Shown here: piece after piece, positions 51,543-60,311 of the stretch
Layout: every line of letters begins with the position of its first letter
Position numbering within the stretch: position 1 is the first letter of the stretch
Origin: an uncultured Gammaproteobacteria bacterium
GTDB taxonomy: Bacteria; Patescibacteriota; Patescibacteriia; UBA1558; 2-01-FULL-52-15
Assembly (NCBI GenBank): GCA_964422585.1
Contig: CAYRBH010000003.1
Span: 11,397-75,396, forward strand
Length of the DNA: 64,000 nucleotides
Direction of reading: 5' to 3'
Notes under the pieces: model-generated
What the model saw: only the letters and a program-made list of their open reading frames with translations
Told to the model about the DNA's origin: nothing
Databases searched by the model: none
Position numbers and translations under genes: made by a program

Positions 51543-52763
51543 CTAGGGAATGAGTTTTTGCACAGTGTCATTACGTTGCTTCATACTGAACGCATGCATC
51601 ACAACAATGATATTTCCATTTTTTTTGATGACAGCATTCCGTTGAGCTTCAGTTAGGTAGCCTGTTTTGGCGGCATCCGGACTGAAGGCCATGAGACTAT
51701 AGTTTCGGTTGGCAACTACTATGGTGCGCGGGGAACCATCGGCTCCGGTGACGTTGAATGTATAGGAGGTACGTACTCCTTGCTGAGCAATGCGATATGA
51801 ATCAAATGCTCTGCTGGCGATGATCGCCATTTCCTGAGGCGTGGTTACATTATTGGCATTGAGTCCGGTCATTTCAGAGAACCGCGTGTGACTTAGTTTG
51901 AAGTAAGCAGCTTTCTCATTCATTTTTTTGACAAACTCATCAGCGCTCAGCCCGCTGTTATCAGCAAGTATTTTTGCTGATTGATTCGATGAGGCCAGGA
52001 GCATGGCTACCCAGAGATCTTGTACCTGTACCTGATCACCTGCCCTGATATCGACTTCGCTAGTCGCATCGCCGCCGACAAGTGTTTTCGGATAGTTGAT
52101 TTCGTTCGCTGTGATGGTGATGGTTTTGTCAAAATCAATATTGGTATCGAGCAGCACCATGGCTGTCATCAGCTTCGTGAGTGACGCGAGTGGTAATATG
52201 GCTGTTGCGTTTTTACCTCCGGTAAAATGATCACCGTCATAGCGCACATAGGCAAGCGGCAATGAGAGCGGATCAAAGGCAATTTGTTTTGTAGTCATTC
52301 TGAGCTTGGCGAGTGACTTCGGACCTACGGTGATGCCCGTATCAGTTGCCAGCTGCTCTATGTTCGCGAAGGTATCCATCGGATACCGTTTGCCGGTCGC
52401 TGGACTGACATACCAGGAATTATTCGGATCACTGACATCACTGATCAGCCTGCCGCTGTATTTTCCCTCGTATGCTAGAGTAGTCGCAGTATGCGCGTCC
52501 GGTATCTTAGCGAATGTTGCAGCGGGCAATGCTAAAGCAAGGTTATCGGTGAGCCAGGCGAGATCGGCATCGTCACGGATGATATAACGGATATGTTTGA
52601 CAGGATCGGCATACCAGATGCGATCAGAATTTTTTTCCAAAAGAAGGTTACCAGAAAGCTGTGTGAGCGAATATACTTTTTCAGCAGGAGCTTTCGCTGC
52701 CTGAGCAGGCATCAGAGGAGCGAGAGTCAGCAAAACTAATACCAAGGTAATTATTTTTTTCAT
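51543..52763 (-). CDS. S11-family D-Ala-D-Ala carboxy/endopeptidase with secreted N-terminal repeats
   Basis: Signal peptide; SLTK (SxxK), SSN (SxN), KTG. Start at ATG 52763. Confidence 0.88.
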   Translation of the reverse strand: MKKIITLVLVLLTLAPLMPAQAAKAPAEKVYSLTQLSGNLLLEKNSDRIWYADPVKHIRYIIRDDADLAWLTDNLALALPAATFAKIPDAHTATTLAYEGKYSGRLISDVSDPNNSWYVSPATGKRYPMDTFANIEQLATDTGITVGPKSLAKLRMTTKQIAFDPLSLPLAYVRYDGDHFTGGKNATAILPLASLTKLMTAMVLLDTNIDFDKTITITANEINYPKTLVGGDATSEVDIRAGDQVQVQDLWVAMLLASSNQSAKILADNSGLSADEFVKKMNEKAAYFKLSHTRFSEMTGLNANNVTTPQEMAIIASRAFDSYRIAQQGVRTSYTFNVTGADGSPRTIVVANRNYSLMAFSPDAAKTGYLTEAQRNAVIKKNGNIIVVMHAFSMKQRNDTVQKLIP

Positions 52764-52810
52764 AGACAAGATTAAGTATAGCAAAGACAATGTTATTTTG
52801 GTATGGATGA

Positions 52811-52839
52811 TTGACATTTTTATAGTTTTATGGTATCTT
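52811..52839 (+). promoter_or_regulatory. sigma70 promoter of the IMPase-like gene
   Basis: TTGACA, 17 nt spacer, TATCTT with an extended TG. Confidence 0.7.
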
Positions 52840-52893
52840 CTGCTGTTGCAAAAATGTGAAATACACAACATTCAGGATACAGGAGGTATCACA

Positions 52894-53799
52894 ATGAGCG
52901 CTCGATCTTTTCCATATACAACAACGAACGGCCATATCATCGGCATCGTCATGAAGGAGCTTGTCAGGCGAGCCATCGTCGAGATCGACAAGTACAGTTT
53001 TGCTCACGAAGTTATTCCGAAAAAAGGTCTTTCAAGAAAGGACGATTTCAAGACCACAGGAGACAATAAAGCTCAGAAATCGTACCTTCGCTCACTTGGT
53101 GAGTGCTTTCCCGATCTCGGAATCGTCGCTGAAGAAGACGATGTCTTTGTAGCTCGCAAGCACAAGGGACAATTGGTCTACTTCACCGTAGACCCGCTCG
53201 ACGGTACTCGGGCCTATGTCCGTGGAGCATCGCACGGTGTAGGCACGATGATTGCGCTTGTGCATGGCCAGCGTATCGTCGCAGCTTACGTGGGGGATGC
53301 GAATACGCGCGAGATCTACGGTTACAGGCCGGACTCGGATGCAGTTCGTCGCATCAGCAAGTACGAAGTCAGCCGGAAGCTCAGGATCAATCCTCGTCGG
53401 CCTCTTTCCCGCCAGTACATCTTGCTTCGGGAAGAGCCTGCTGTTCACTCTAAGATCGCGCAGAGGCTCATAACTAACGTTTCGAAGGGTGGCGCTTTCA
53501 AAGGCTTGGAGGTCACCGGTGGTTCCATCGGGATCGCGATCGCGCGTCTCTGGAAAGGCGAAGTCGGCGCAGCCTTGCTTCAGGCCGGAGTTCAGGCACC
53601 TTGGGATTGGGCCCCGGTAGTCGGCATCTCGAAGAAGCTTGGTTTCAGATTCTTTTATCTCGTTAAGGACGAGATCCGGGAATTCGAGCCGCTGCTCTCG
53701 ATGAAGTCGTATCGCACGGGTCACGAGATGCTGATAGTGCATGCAAGTCGCGCGCCTGAGCTCGCTCGGTGGTTGCGAGGCTTTAAGAAGCGCCCCTAA
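52894..53799 (+). CDS. Divergent inositol monophosphatase / CysQ / FIG-superfamily phosphatase
   Basis: VAEED, VDPLDGT, PWDWA; AGGAGG upstream of ATG 52894. Confidence 0.85.
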   Translation: MSARSFPYTTTNGHIIGIVMKELVRRAIVEIDKYSFAHEVIPKKGLSRKDDFKTTGDNKAQKSYLRSLGECFPDLGIVAEEDDVFVARKHKGQLVYFTVDPLDGTRAYVRGASHGVGTMIALVHGQRIVAAYVGDANTREIYGYRPDSDAVRRISKYEVSRKLRINPRRPLSRQYILLREEPAVHSKIAQRLITNVSKGGAFKGLEVTGGSIGIAIARLWKGEVGAALLQAGVQAPWDWAPVVGISKKLGFRFFYLVKDEIREFEPLLSMKSYRTGHEMLIVHASRAPELARWLRGFKKRP

Positions 53800-53820
53800 G
53801 GCGCAACGGTTTTCTCTCGG

Positions 53821-53859
53821 ACCTGCCCGGTCATCACGACGGGCAGGTTCTTCTTTTTT
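53821..53859 (+). terminator. Intrinsic terminator
   Basis: ACCTGCCCG...CGGGCAGGT followed by TCTTCTTTTTT. Confidence 0.8.
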
Positions 53860-53877
53860 AAAACAGTACTTAGATGA

Positions 53878-54411
53878 CTAGTCAAGCTGTACTATTTCAA
53901 GGACTTTCGCATATACTTCATCAGGCAGGCCATTAGCGTCTACACGGATGATATCAGGTCTGTCCAGCTGTGTAATGAAGTCATACTTATGCAGTATGTC
54001 TTCAAAGACATCGCCTCCCAGATTGAAATGCATAGCATTGGTTTCCCCTCGTTTTAGTACTCTTTCTCGATGCGTCTCTAAAGAGCATACAAGAATGATT
54101 GGAATAATATGGACATGTTCAAATTCTTTCTGTAACTCATCCAGTGTTGTCCAGGTCCGTTCGTGGCACATATTTGCATCAAGGATGAAACTGACGCCAA
54201 CCCTTACATTTTTTTTCAGTAGATACCACAACAAATCGTAACCAATCGGAGATATTTCATGGAATTCCATTTTTAATCCAGGTTTCAGGCCTGCATTGAA
54301 ATCATCCGGATTGAAAAAAGGAAGGTTATAATCTGCCGCCAGCCTTTCGACAATGGTCGTTTTGCCGGCACCAGCAAAGCCCCCGAGTACAATTAATTTT
54401 GTTTGTAACAT
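53878..54411 (-). CDS. P-loop kinase-like protein (AAA_33-like)
   Basis: GFAGAGKTT, FILDA, RxxxR lid. Confidence 0.8.
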   Translation of the reverse strand: MLQTKLIVLGGFAGAGKTTIVERLAADYNLPFFNPDDFNAGLKPGLKMEFHEISPIGYDLLWYLLKKNVRVGVSFILDANMCHERTWTTLDELQKEFEHVHIIPIILVCSLETHRERVLKRGETNAMHFNLGGDVFEDILHKYDFITQLDRPDIIRVDANGLPDEVYAKVLEIVQLD

Positions 54412-54423
54412 TATCGTTAGAAA

Positions 54424-55560
54424 TTACTTCAAATACCTCTGCCCCCTTAGCTTATCAGGTAAGTAGCTTTCCTTCGAATATTTTTCATATCCCTTTCCAT
54501 AGCCGAGATTTTTCATGAGTTTGGTCGGAGCATTCCGCACTTCCATGGGTATTGGCAGATTACCATATTTTTTCACATCAGCCATCGCCTCTTGCAAGGC
54601 ATCATAGGATGAACGATCTTTTTTGCAATTCGCAAGATAGCTCACGCCATGTGCTAAGTTGATCGCACATTCCGGATAGCCGATAGTTTCGCAGGCACGG
54701 AATACTGCGTTGGCGACAACTAAAGCGGTCGGCTGTGCCAAGCCAATATCTTCTGAAGCGAAAATGACCATGCGCCGCGCAATGAATAAGGGATCCTCGC
54801 CGCTATCAACCATCCGTGCAAGATAGTAGAGCGCGGCATCGGGCTGTGACGCGCGCATTGATTTGATAAAGGCCGAGATAGTATTGTAATGCTCTTCACC
54901 TTTCTTGTCATAGCGCAAGAATTTCGATTGCAAGGCATTCTGGAGATGCTCGAGTGTTATCGTTTTGTAGAGGTTCGCGGTATTGTCGATCATCGTCAAT
55001 GCTTGCCGGGCATCGCCATTAGCCATTTGTATCAGCCACTCTTTCGCATCCTTTTTTAATTTAAATCCTGTCCGGTCGATAATCTCGGCCATGTCTTTTT
55101 CTGAGAGTTCATTCAGGACAAAGACTCTGCAGCGAGAGAGGAGCGGTGCTATCACCTCGAAGCTCGGATTCTCAGTTGTTGCGCCGATCAAGGTTAAGTC
55201 ACCTGATTCAACATAGGGAAGCAGGAAGTCTTGTTGTGCTTTATTGAAGCGGTGGATTTCATCCAGGAACAATAAAGCTGGTTTTGCTCCCAGCTTCTGC
55301 TGCGCTTTCGGAATGATAGCGCGAATATCATCTTTGCCGGCGCTGACAGCGGAGAGTTCATGGAGCTCAGCATCCAAGGCTTTCGCATAGATCCGTGCCA
55401 GTGTGGTTTTGCCAACGCCCGGAGGTCCCCAGAGAATAAAGGAAAATAAATGTTTCTTCTCGATCGCTTCGCGAAGTGGCTTCCCTTTACCAACTAAATG
55501 CTCCTGGCCGACAAAGTCGCCCAGTGATTTCGGTCGGATTTTTGCTGCGAGAGGTTCCAT
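54424..55560 (-). CDS. rarA: Replication-associated recombination protein A (MgsA)
   Basis: WGPPGVGKTT, DEIHRFNKAQQD, GATTENPSF, HYNTISAFIKSMR, ASEDIG. Confidence 0.96.
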   Translation of the reverse strand: MEPLAAKIRPKSLGDFVGQEHLVGKGKPLREAIEKKHLFSFILWGPPGVGKTTLARIYAKALDAELHELSAVSAGKDDIRAIIPKAQQKLGAKPALLFLDEIHRFNKAQQDFLLPYVESGDLTLIGATTENPSFEVIAPLLSRCRVFVLNELSEKDMAEIIDRTGFKLKKDAKEWLIQMANGDARQALTMIDNTANLYKTITLEHLQNALQSKFLRYDKKGEEHYNTISAFIKSMRASQPDAALYYLARMVDSGEDPLFIARRMVIFASEDIGLAQPTALVVANAVFRACETIGYPECAINLAHGVSYLANCKKDRSSYDALQEAMADVKKYGNLPIPMEVRNAPTKLMKNLGYGKGYEKYSKESYLPDKLRGQRYLK

Positions 55561-55607
55561 AGTCCCCTCATAGTACGCTTACCCAGGAATCAGGTAAAGT
55601 CCTTATG

Positions 55608-55952
55608 TTAATGCATCATTCCTTGGGAGAGGTAGAGAGTGGCAGTTGTGGCAACGAATAGAAAAACGATAAAGGTGAGTAGCGCTATCAGCCCAATAGT
55701 AATTAGTAGCAGCGTAATCGCATCTTTTTTATTGCCGGAAAAAAATAAGTAAGCCGGTTTTCCCAAAACCAGCAATCCGGTAATGGCGGCCGAAGTTACG
55801 AACAGCATGAGCAAGAGGACAGGCGAAAGGACAGTATCCGGTACTGTGCCAAAGGCTTTCCCAATGGTTCTCATGATCCAGGCGATGATGGATACATAGG
55901 TAAGTACGCCGACCGCGCTCAATACAGCTGACGAGATGAGCCCTTTTTTCAT
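55608..55952 (-). CDS. 3-TM hypothetical membrane protein
   Basis: LLMLFVTSAAITGLLVLGKP; three hydrophobic segments. Confidence 0.75.
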   Translation of the reverse strand: MKKGLISSAVLSAVGVLTYVSIIAWIMRTIGKAFGTVPDTVLSPVLLLMLFVTSAAITGLLVLGKPAYLFFSGNKKDAITLLLITIGLIALLTFIVFLFVATTATLYLSQGMMH

Positions 55953-56023
55953 ATAGGTGGAATGAGTTATTTATATAGATACTGTAGCTTTTCATCCGTA
56001 TTTAGACAAGAAAGAACGATGCA

Positions 56024-56052
56024 TTGACAAACAAGCGTCTTTTGTTTAGATT
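56024..56052 (+). promoter_or_regulatory. sigma70 promoter of the hypothetical + ACP-like pair
   Basis: TTGACA, 17 nt spacer, TAGATT. Confidence 0.65.
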
Positions 56053-56102
56053 AATCAATTCGCAAGATGCAACTTAATTCTGGTCAAAAGGAGAAGATCG
56101 GG

Positions 56103-56351
56103 ATGAGTAAACATGTGCAAGCTGTCCTTTCACCCCTAGGTTTCACGATCGAGATCGTCCCGAAGAAAGATGGTTACTACGCAGTGGTCTATTGCGCTGG
56201 CCTCGAGTGGTACCGCACCATCCTGGTTGTCGATCGTCGTTTCGGCGATCGGAGCCTCGAGACCAAGAAGACGGTTGTCAACTTCGCACGGTACTGGATC
56301 GAGTGCACTCATCCGGCCGCGTCGGTGCTCTCTATCGACACGGTCCAGTAA
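56103..56351 (+). CDS. Small hypothetical protein
   Basis: AAGGAG upstream of ATG 56103; co-oriented with the ACP-like gene. Confidence 0.6.
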   Translation: MSKHVQAVLSPLGFTIEIVPKKDGYYAVVYCAGLEWYRTILVVDRRFGDRSLETKKTVVNFARYWIECTHPAASVLSIDTVQ

Positions 56352-56363
56352 AGGAGAAGACTG

Positions 56364-56672
56364 GTGAGCAGAACCAAAGAAGAGGCTATGCAATTGGCCC
56401 ATGATGCAGTAGTCGCGGCCATCGCGACAGTCCTGGGCCGCAGAACCGAAGAGATCAATGTACACGAGAGGCTCGTCAACGTAGGCGATTCACTCAGGAT
56501 CGTCGAGATCAACATGATGATCGAGGAGTCCCTTGACATCTCCATGTCGGATGCCGACGAGCGTCGGTTCACTCCGTCACAGGATGAGTTGATCAGGGCT
56601 CAGCGCCCGGGCACTGAGGATCCTACGATCGAGGATCTCATTCGCCTGTTCGGCGAGAAACTCGCTGCCTAG
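56364..56672 (+). CDS. Acyl-carrier-protein-like protein (Ser retained)
   Basis: GDSLRIVEINMMIEESLDISMSD...TIEDLI; GTG start preceded by AAGGAG. Confidence 0.75.
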   Translation: MSRTKEEAMQLAHDAVVAAIATVLGRRTEEINVHERLVNVGDSLRIVEINMMIEESLDISMSDADERRFTPSQDELIRAQRPGTEDPTIEDLIRLFGEKLAA

Positions 56673-56703
56673 CGAGTAGCAACGCGAAGAGCGAGATTCA
56701 GAC

Positions 56704-56737
56704 AAGGCGGGACAATCCGAAAGGGTTGGCCCGCCTT
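56704..56737 (+). terminator. Hairpin between the two ACP-like genes
   Basis: AAGGCGGG...CCCGCCTT enclosing an inner stem with a GAAA loop. Confidence 0.6.
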
Positions 56738-56832
56738 ACAGTTGACATCTTGTATATTCAGTGTTTTGATGTGCTGTACTGCGGCATTGGTGCCGTTGTG
56801 CGTTCATTCATCTCGTTGAGAGGAGCCCCGTC

Positions 56833-57099
56833 ATGAAGAGCGTAGCGAAGAAAGTGATAGAGCTTATCGCTGAACAGGCCGGCCTGCGGCCCGAGCAGAT
56901 TGAGCTTGAGAAGCGGCTCGCGGACTTCGAGTTCGATCAGTTCGACTGTGAGGAAATCCTCCTGTGGCTGGAGGAGCAGCACGGCATTAAGATCGATACT
57001 GCTGACGAGGAACGATTCAGCTCGATGACCGTGGAAGACATCATCGATCTCGTTAAGGAAAAGGTGGCGTCAAAAGGCGCGACTGAAGCCCATCAATGA
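56833..57099 (+). CDS. Acyl-carrier-protein-like protein lacking the phosphopantetheine serine
   Basis: KVIELIAEQAGL...LADFEFDQFDCEEILLWLEEQHGIKI...TVEDIIDLV; GAGGAG SD; TTGACA at 56742. Confidence 0.75.
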   Translation: MKSVAKKVIELIAEQAGLRPEQIELEKRLADFEFDQFDCEEILLWLEEQHGIKIDTADEERFSSMTVEDIIDLVKEKVASKGATEAHQ

Positions 57100-57143
57100 T
57101 GGGCTGCCTCATCGAGGTTGCTGCAAGCAAGAGATATGAGGAT

Positions 57144-57187
57144 GAGCGAGAAGGCCCAGAACCAGGCTGACTCGCTCTTTTCTTTTT
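57144..57187 (+). terminator. Intrinsic terminator
   Basis: GAGCGAG...CTCGCTC followed by TTTTCTTTTT. Confidence 0.6.
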
Positions 57188-58223
57188 AGAGGGAGTTTAG
57201 CTTCGCTCTGGTCTGAGGGCCTACTAATCCGATCTGGGGAATGCCGTAGGCTTTTTGAAATTTCAGGACAGCTAGACGCGTCGCGGCGCCATAGTAGCCA
57301 GTAAATGAGGCGTTTGTGAAGTAACCGAGACGCTTCAGTATGCTCTGTAGCTGTACCACCTGGGGACCTTTCGAGCCGAGTGATAAGTTGGTTGTAATCG
57401 CCTGATGGGTCGTAGAGGCAACGCTGGTACTCGTAATCGGCTTACCATCCCTTTGGAATATAACATTTGCAGTTAATTCGATAGGAAGGCCGGTGCGATA
57501 GTCTTGGTCAGTCGGAAGCAGCTTCGCTGTAGCTATGTTGTAGCCGATCGCTTTCGCTGTTGCTTCCGTAGCTATCGCGTATTTCGTATTGTTCGCAAGA
57601 AGATAGATGTTCGGATCGCCGCTGTATCGTATTAGAATACCATCTGGAATTTCACGAATAGTTTGCTTTGGCGCATTTGGTTTCGTCGCAGCAAGTAAGC
57701 TTTCATACGGATCGATAGGTGTGCCATCAGGTAGATGTATCTCGAAGTGAAGATGCGGGCCGACATTCTCGGCATTACCTGAATCGCCGACCCAGGCGAT
57801 TAATTGTCCTGCCTTGACTGACACGCCCTGCTCAATCCCAGGTGCATAGGCATGTTGCGGCCCACCTTTCCCATCATCGGTGCCAGGGTTATCATTGTTC
57901 AGATGCACATAGTCGTAGGTATAGCCTTCGGCATCTCGTAAGGAGAGATAGTAGCCATAGGATGGTTCAACCATAGGCGCGAAGATGATAGTACCGTCCG
58001 TTGCTGCGAGCACGGGGGTTAACTTATCGGCCATGATGTCATTGCCGATGTGTACCCGTCCTCCTGATCTGCCATCACCGAAGTCATCGGAGAAATGAGT
58101 GGGGCCATCGACCGGGAACACTATCGCTCGTATGAAACCAGCATGCGCTGGAGCAGGCGCATAAAAAAAGTGCAGGAGCAGCGCTACGGCACTGAGGTAA
58201 GGTAATGCGGTTCGGGTTCGCAT
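57186..58223 (-). CDS. Secreted M23 metallopeptidase with C-terminal peptidoglycan-binding domain
   Basis: HIGND (HxxxD), YVHL, GDSGNA, HLHFE; GSKGPQVVQLQSIL...FQKAYG...VGPQTRAKLN. Confidence 0.92.
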   Translation of the reverse strand: MRTRTALPYLSAVALLLHFFYAPAPAHAGFIRAIVFPVDGPTHFSDDFGDGRSGGRVHIGNDIMADKLTPVLAATDGTIIFAPMVEPSYGYYLSLRDAEGYTYDYVHLNNDNPGTDDGKGGPQHAYAPGIEQGVSVKAGQLIAWVGDSGNAENVGPHLHFEIHLPDGTPIDPYESLLAATKPNAPKQTIREIPDGILIRYSGDPNIYLLANNTKYAIATEATAKAIGYNIATAKLLPTDQDYRTGLPIELTANVIFQRDGKPITSTSVASTTHQAITTNLSLGSKGPQVVQLQSILKRLGYFTNASFTGYYGAATRLAVLKFQKAYGIPQIGLVGPQTRAKLNSL

Positions 58224-58275
58224 GTGTAGTGATATTAATGAATCTAGCTAAGAAGACGCTCGCTAGGAGCCTATC

Positions 58276-60198
58276 TTACACCCCGTATTGATGGGCCTGG
58301 CGCGCTTTAATATCGAAGAGATCCTTCTCTTCTTCGACGGGTTCAAAAAATAACTTGAATGTTTTCGGAACACGTGAGAACAGACCGATGCTCACCAGAA
58401 CAAGCAGCATATCGATGACGCGTAATGCTGGTATGCGATGCGCTGAGGCGAGGCTTGCAAGGTTGTCATAGATGCGTGAGGGCAGGCGATTATCGAATGA
58501 GTATCCTTTGACCTTGACTGTATTCGTTGTGCCGAACATGTCTTCTAGGATAGATCTGAATGTCACCTGCTCTTCGAAGGAACGGCCCGTTTTTTGCGGC
58601 TCAGGTTCGACAGTAGGCTCTGCTACCGTTGGCGCGACCGGTGTTTTCAACCGCAGCGCTGTATTTTTTAGGGTCGGAGCAGCGGTTATGGTAGTAGGTT
58701 GCGAGTGAGTGACAGGAGCGATGCTCGGCCCTGCTGGATTCGAAGTAACTGGTGTTGCGACTGGTGCCGTTGGTGGGGTCGGTAGAGCAGTGTTTTCTGG
58801 CGCTGCCGGTGCTGCTGGCGACTGAGTGGTCGTTGTGGTCCCGCTGACAGGAGTAGGTGGCGCTGGAGGAGTTGGCGGCACGCTTGTTGGAGGAGTCACG
58901 GTCGGCTCAGTAGTGGTAGCGGGTGGTGTTGCAGGAGTGATGGGCGGAGTCGATGGTGTCGGTGGCGTGACTGGAGGAGCGGGTGGCGTCGGCGGGGTCT
59001 GTGTCGGCGTCGAGGTTGGGGTGGTCGTTGGTGTTTGTGGGTTTGTTAGTTGATAGGCAAAGAATTGGGCAAGCAGCATCCCTCGTGCATTTGCTTGGAA
59101 CATCGATCCTACTTGATCTACTACGCCTTCCCCATTGCCACCCCACGCGCCCCAGTAATTGAAGCCAGCCAGAATGTGTTCATCAATGAGCTTTTGCCAC
59201 ATCGTATACATCGAGGTGAGATAACTCATGCGTTGCTGGTCGGGCATATTGCTATCCCAGTAATCGCCCCACTCCTGTAAGAATATTTTCGTATTGCCTC
59301 GTTCCGCGTAGATGCGTCGCAGGTCAGATTCCATTTCCTCGGGCGTGTGTGTGATGCCATAGTGGTCTACAACAGTATACCCGGCATTGTTAATTACCGA
59401 TTGATACATCCAGCCGCTATTGATCTCTGAGAAATTCTGCGTTGAGAGGCCGGTGATGACATTTTTGTTGATCGCTGAGAAGGCTGCAGCAGAGATGGTA
59501 TGCAGGTCGATAAAGAATTGCGCGTAATTTGCTTGTAGTCCCGCTCCGGTCGATGGAAGGAATGAGGTCGCGTCATTGAAGATGCCTTCAGTGCGCTCAG
59601 GCAGCGGTGCCCAGATATCTCCATCTTTGAAAAAAGTAGGATGGTTAATGATATAGTTATAGGTCTTCCCGAGCCAGGTGCTATCGCCATCGGTCGCGGC
59701 GCTCGCGGCAGTGCCAGTTGGGAAGCGATTCACCCCGACCTTCTGTGGGAAACTATAAATACCCTCAATGCCGCTCCAGGTCCCGCGCCAGAGCACTTTC
59801 GCTCCATGCGCATGTATCGAGTCGCTCCATTTCTGTGTGAAGGCTTCGGCAGTGCGAGGTGCTGGCGGATTCGGATAGTCGCTCGTTGGATCCATAGGGA
59901 CCGATATGGCGATATACTCAGGTTTGATGTCGCGGGTTATCGCGAGAACTATCGCGTCAATGGTCGTATCGTCCGGTTGATTGCTCACCGTATCCTTGGT
60001 CCATTTCATTACATCAACTCCTGAGAAAGTAAGGCCGTTGGGACTGGCTGCTTTACTGATGGTGAAAGGATAGACAAAGTTTATAAGTATCAAAAAAACG
60101 GCGAAAGCATAGAACGCCGCTCGGTGTTTCTGTAATAGAATAGAAGATTTTCTGCGAATCTCAGCAAAGATCATTTTTTGTTTTTGTTTTCTAACCAA
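58276..60198 (-). CDS. Putative glycoside-hydrolase-like surface protein with Pro/Thr stalk and C-terminal hydrophobic segment
   Basis: N-terminal TM; aromatic-rich domain with APLPE and FLQEWG; long P/T linker. Alternative start ATG 60174. Confidence 0.6.
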   Translation of the reverse strand: MVRKQKQKMIFAEIRRKSSILLQKHRAAFYAFAVFLILINFVYPFTISKAASPNGLTFSGVDVMKWTKDTVSNQPDDTTIDAIVLAITRDIKPEYIAISVPMDPTSDYPNPPAPRTAEAFTQKWSDSIHAHGAKVLWRGTWSGIEGIYSFPQKVGVNRFPTGTAASAATDGDSTWLGKTYNYIINHPTFFKDGDIWAPLPERTEGIFNDATSFLPSTGAGLQANYAQFFIDLHTISAAAFSAINKNVITGLSTQNFSEINSGWMYQSVINNAGYTVVDHYGITHTPEEMESDLRRIYAERGNTKIFLQEWGDYWDSNMPDQQRMSYLTSMYTMWQKLIDEHILAGFNYWGAWGGNGEGVVDQVGSMFQANARGMLLAQFFAYQLTNPQTPTTTPTSTPTQTPPTPPAPPVTPPTPSTPPITPATPPATTTEPTVTPPTSVPPTPPAPPTPVSGTTTTTQSPAAPAAPENTALPTPPTAPVATPVTSNPAGPSIAPVTHSQPTTITAAPTLKNTALRLKTPVAPTVAEPTVEPEPQKTGRSFEEQVTFRSILEDMFGTTNTVKVKGYSFDNRLPSRIYDNLASLASAHRIPALRVIDMLLVLVSIGLFSRVPKTFKLFFEPVEEEKDLFDIKARQAHQYGV

Positions 60199-60311
60199 AA
60201 AAGAGGAATATCCTCTTGTAACATGAATTCAAGCTATCAAAAACTATGCTAACTATTCAATAATAGCATATTTTTAATAAAAAATCAAGCTTTTTAGCGA
60301 AAAAATAGACT

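Noticed and set aside
53092-53742. 216-aa minus-strand ORF
   Set aside because: Antisense to the IMPase-like gene, which has the motifs and expression signals.
58700-59050. GGT/GGC-rich repetitive stretch
   Set aside because: Encodes the Pro/Thr linker; not a separate repeat element.
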